From Paragordius varius (Eukaryota; Animalia; Nematomorpha): a stretch of 64,000 bases of DNA. Both the position numbers and the translations under genes were made by a program. The stretch covers positions 12,028,001-12,092,000 of the forward strand of contig OZ176054.1 of the NCBI GenBank assembly GCA_964247055.1, written 5' to 3'. Every line of letters begins with the position of its first letter. The first letter of the stretch is position 1. This document shows positions 63,863 through 64,000 of this stretch, in pieces. The notes below the pieces were generated by a model. It ran no database searches. It saw only the letters and a list, made by a program, of their open reading frames with translations, and was not told the origin of the DNA.

Positions 63863-64000
63863 TAATTGTCACATGACGCCATGCTTGAAAAGTAGTAACG
63901 GATGCGGAAAAGGTTCCCATTGAAGCGATATTAAAGTGCTCTTTTTATTGGTTTTGCTGTGTGACACGGAGCATTTCAGGTAAATTACTTTTACATGTAT

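Overview
AT-rich animal (bilaterian, probably protostome) nuclear DNA. No CRISPR arrays, rRNA or confident tRNA genes were seen. I reconstructed exons by hand from GT-AG sites, reading-frame continuity and homology to sequences recalled from memory. This gives seven conserved genes: TOP2 (+, 21 exons, 1636 aa), CIAO3/NARFL (-, 9 exons), EBP (+), SNRNP25 (-), POLG2 (+), KDELR (-) and PYM1 (+). There is also a single-exon RY-amide neuropeptide precursor (-) and a possible orphan gene at about 2.4-8 kb. Most non-coding sequence is decayed transposon material: hAT/Buster-SPIN copies with 8-bp TSDs, piggyBac-like, Tc1-like, CACTA-like and foldback MITEs, an inverted pair of Gypsy remnants, and RTE-type LINE tails. 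The most striking features are architectural. (1) At least 8 obligatory 23-28 nt micro-introns sit near gene 5' ends, alongside a long class with a floor near 280 nt; none of the 44 introns falls between 130 and 277 nt. (2) Three head-to-head gene pairs have start codons only 15, 38 and 89 nt apart. (3) There are intronic relics of duplicated splice junctions in which the GT or AG has been inactivated. No searches or alignments were run, and the species cannot be identified from sequence alone.
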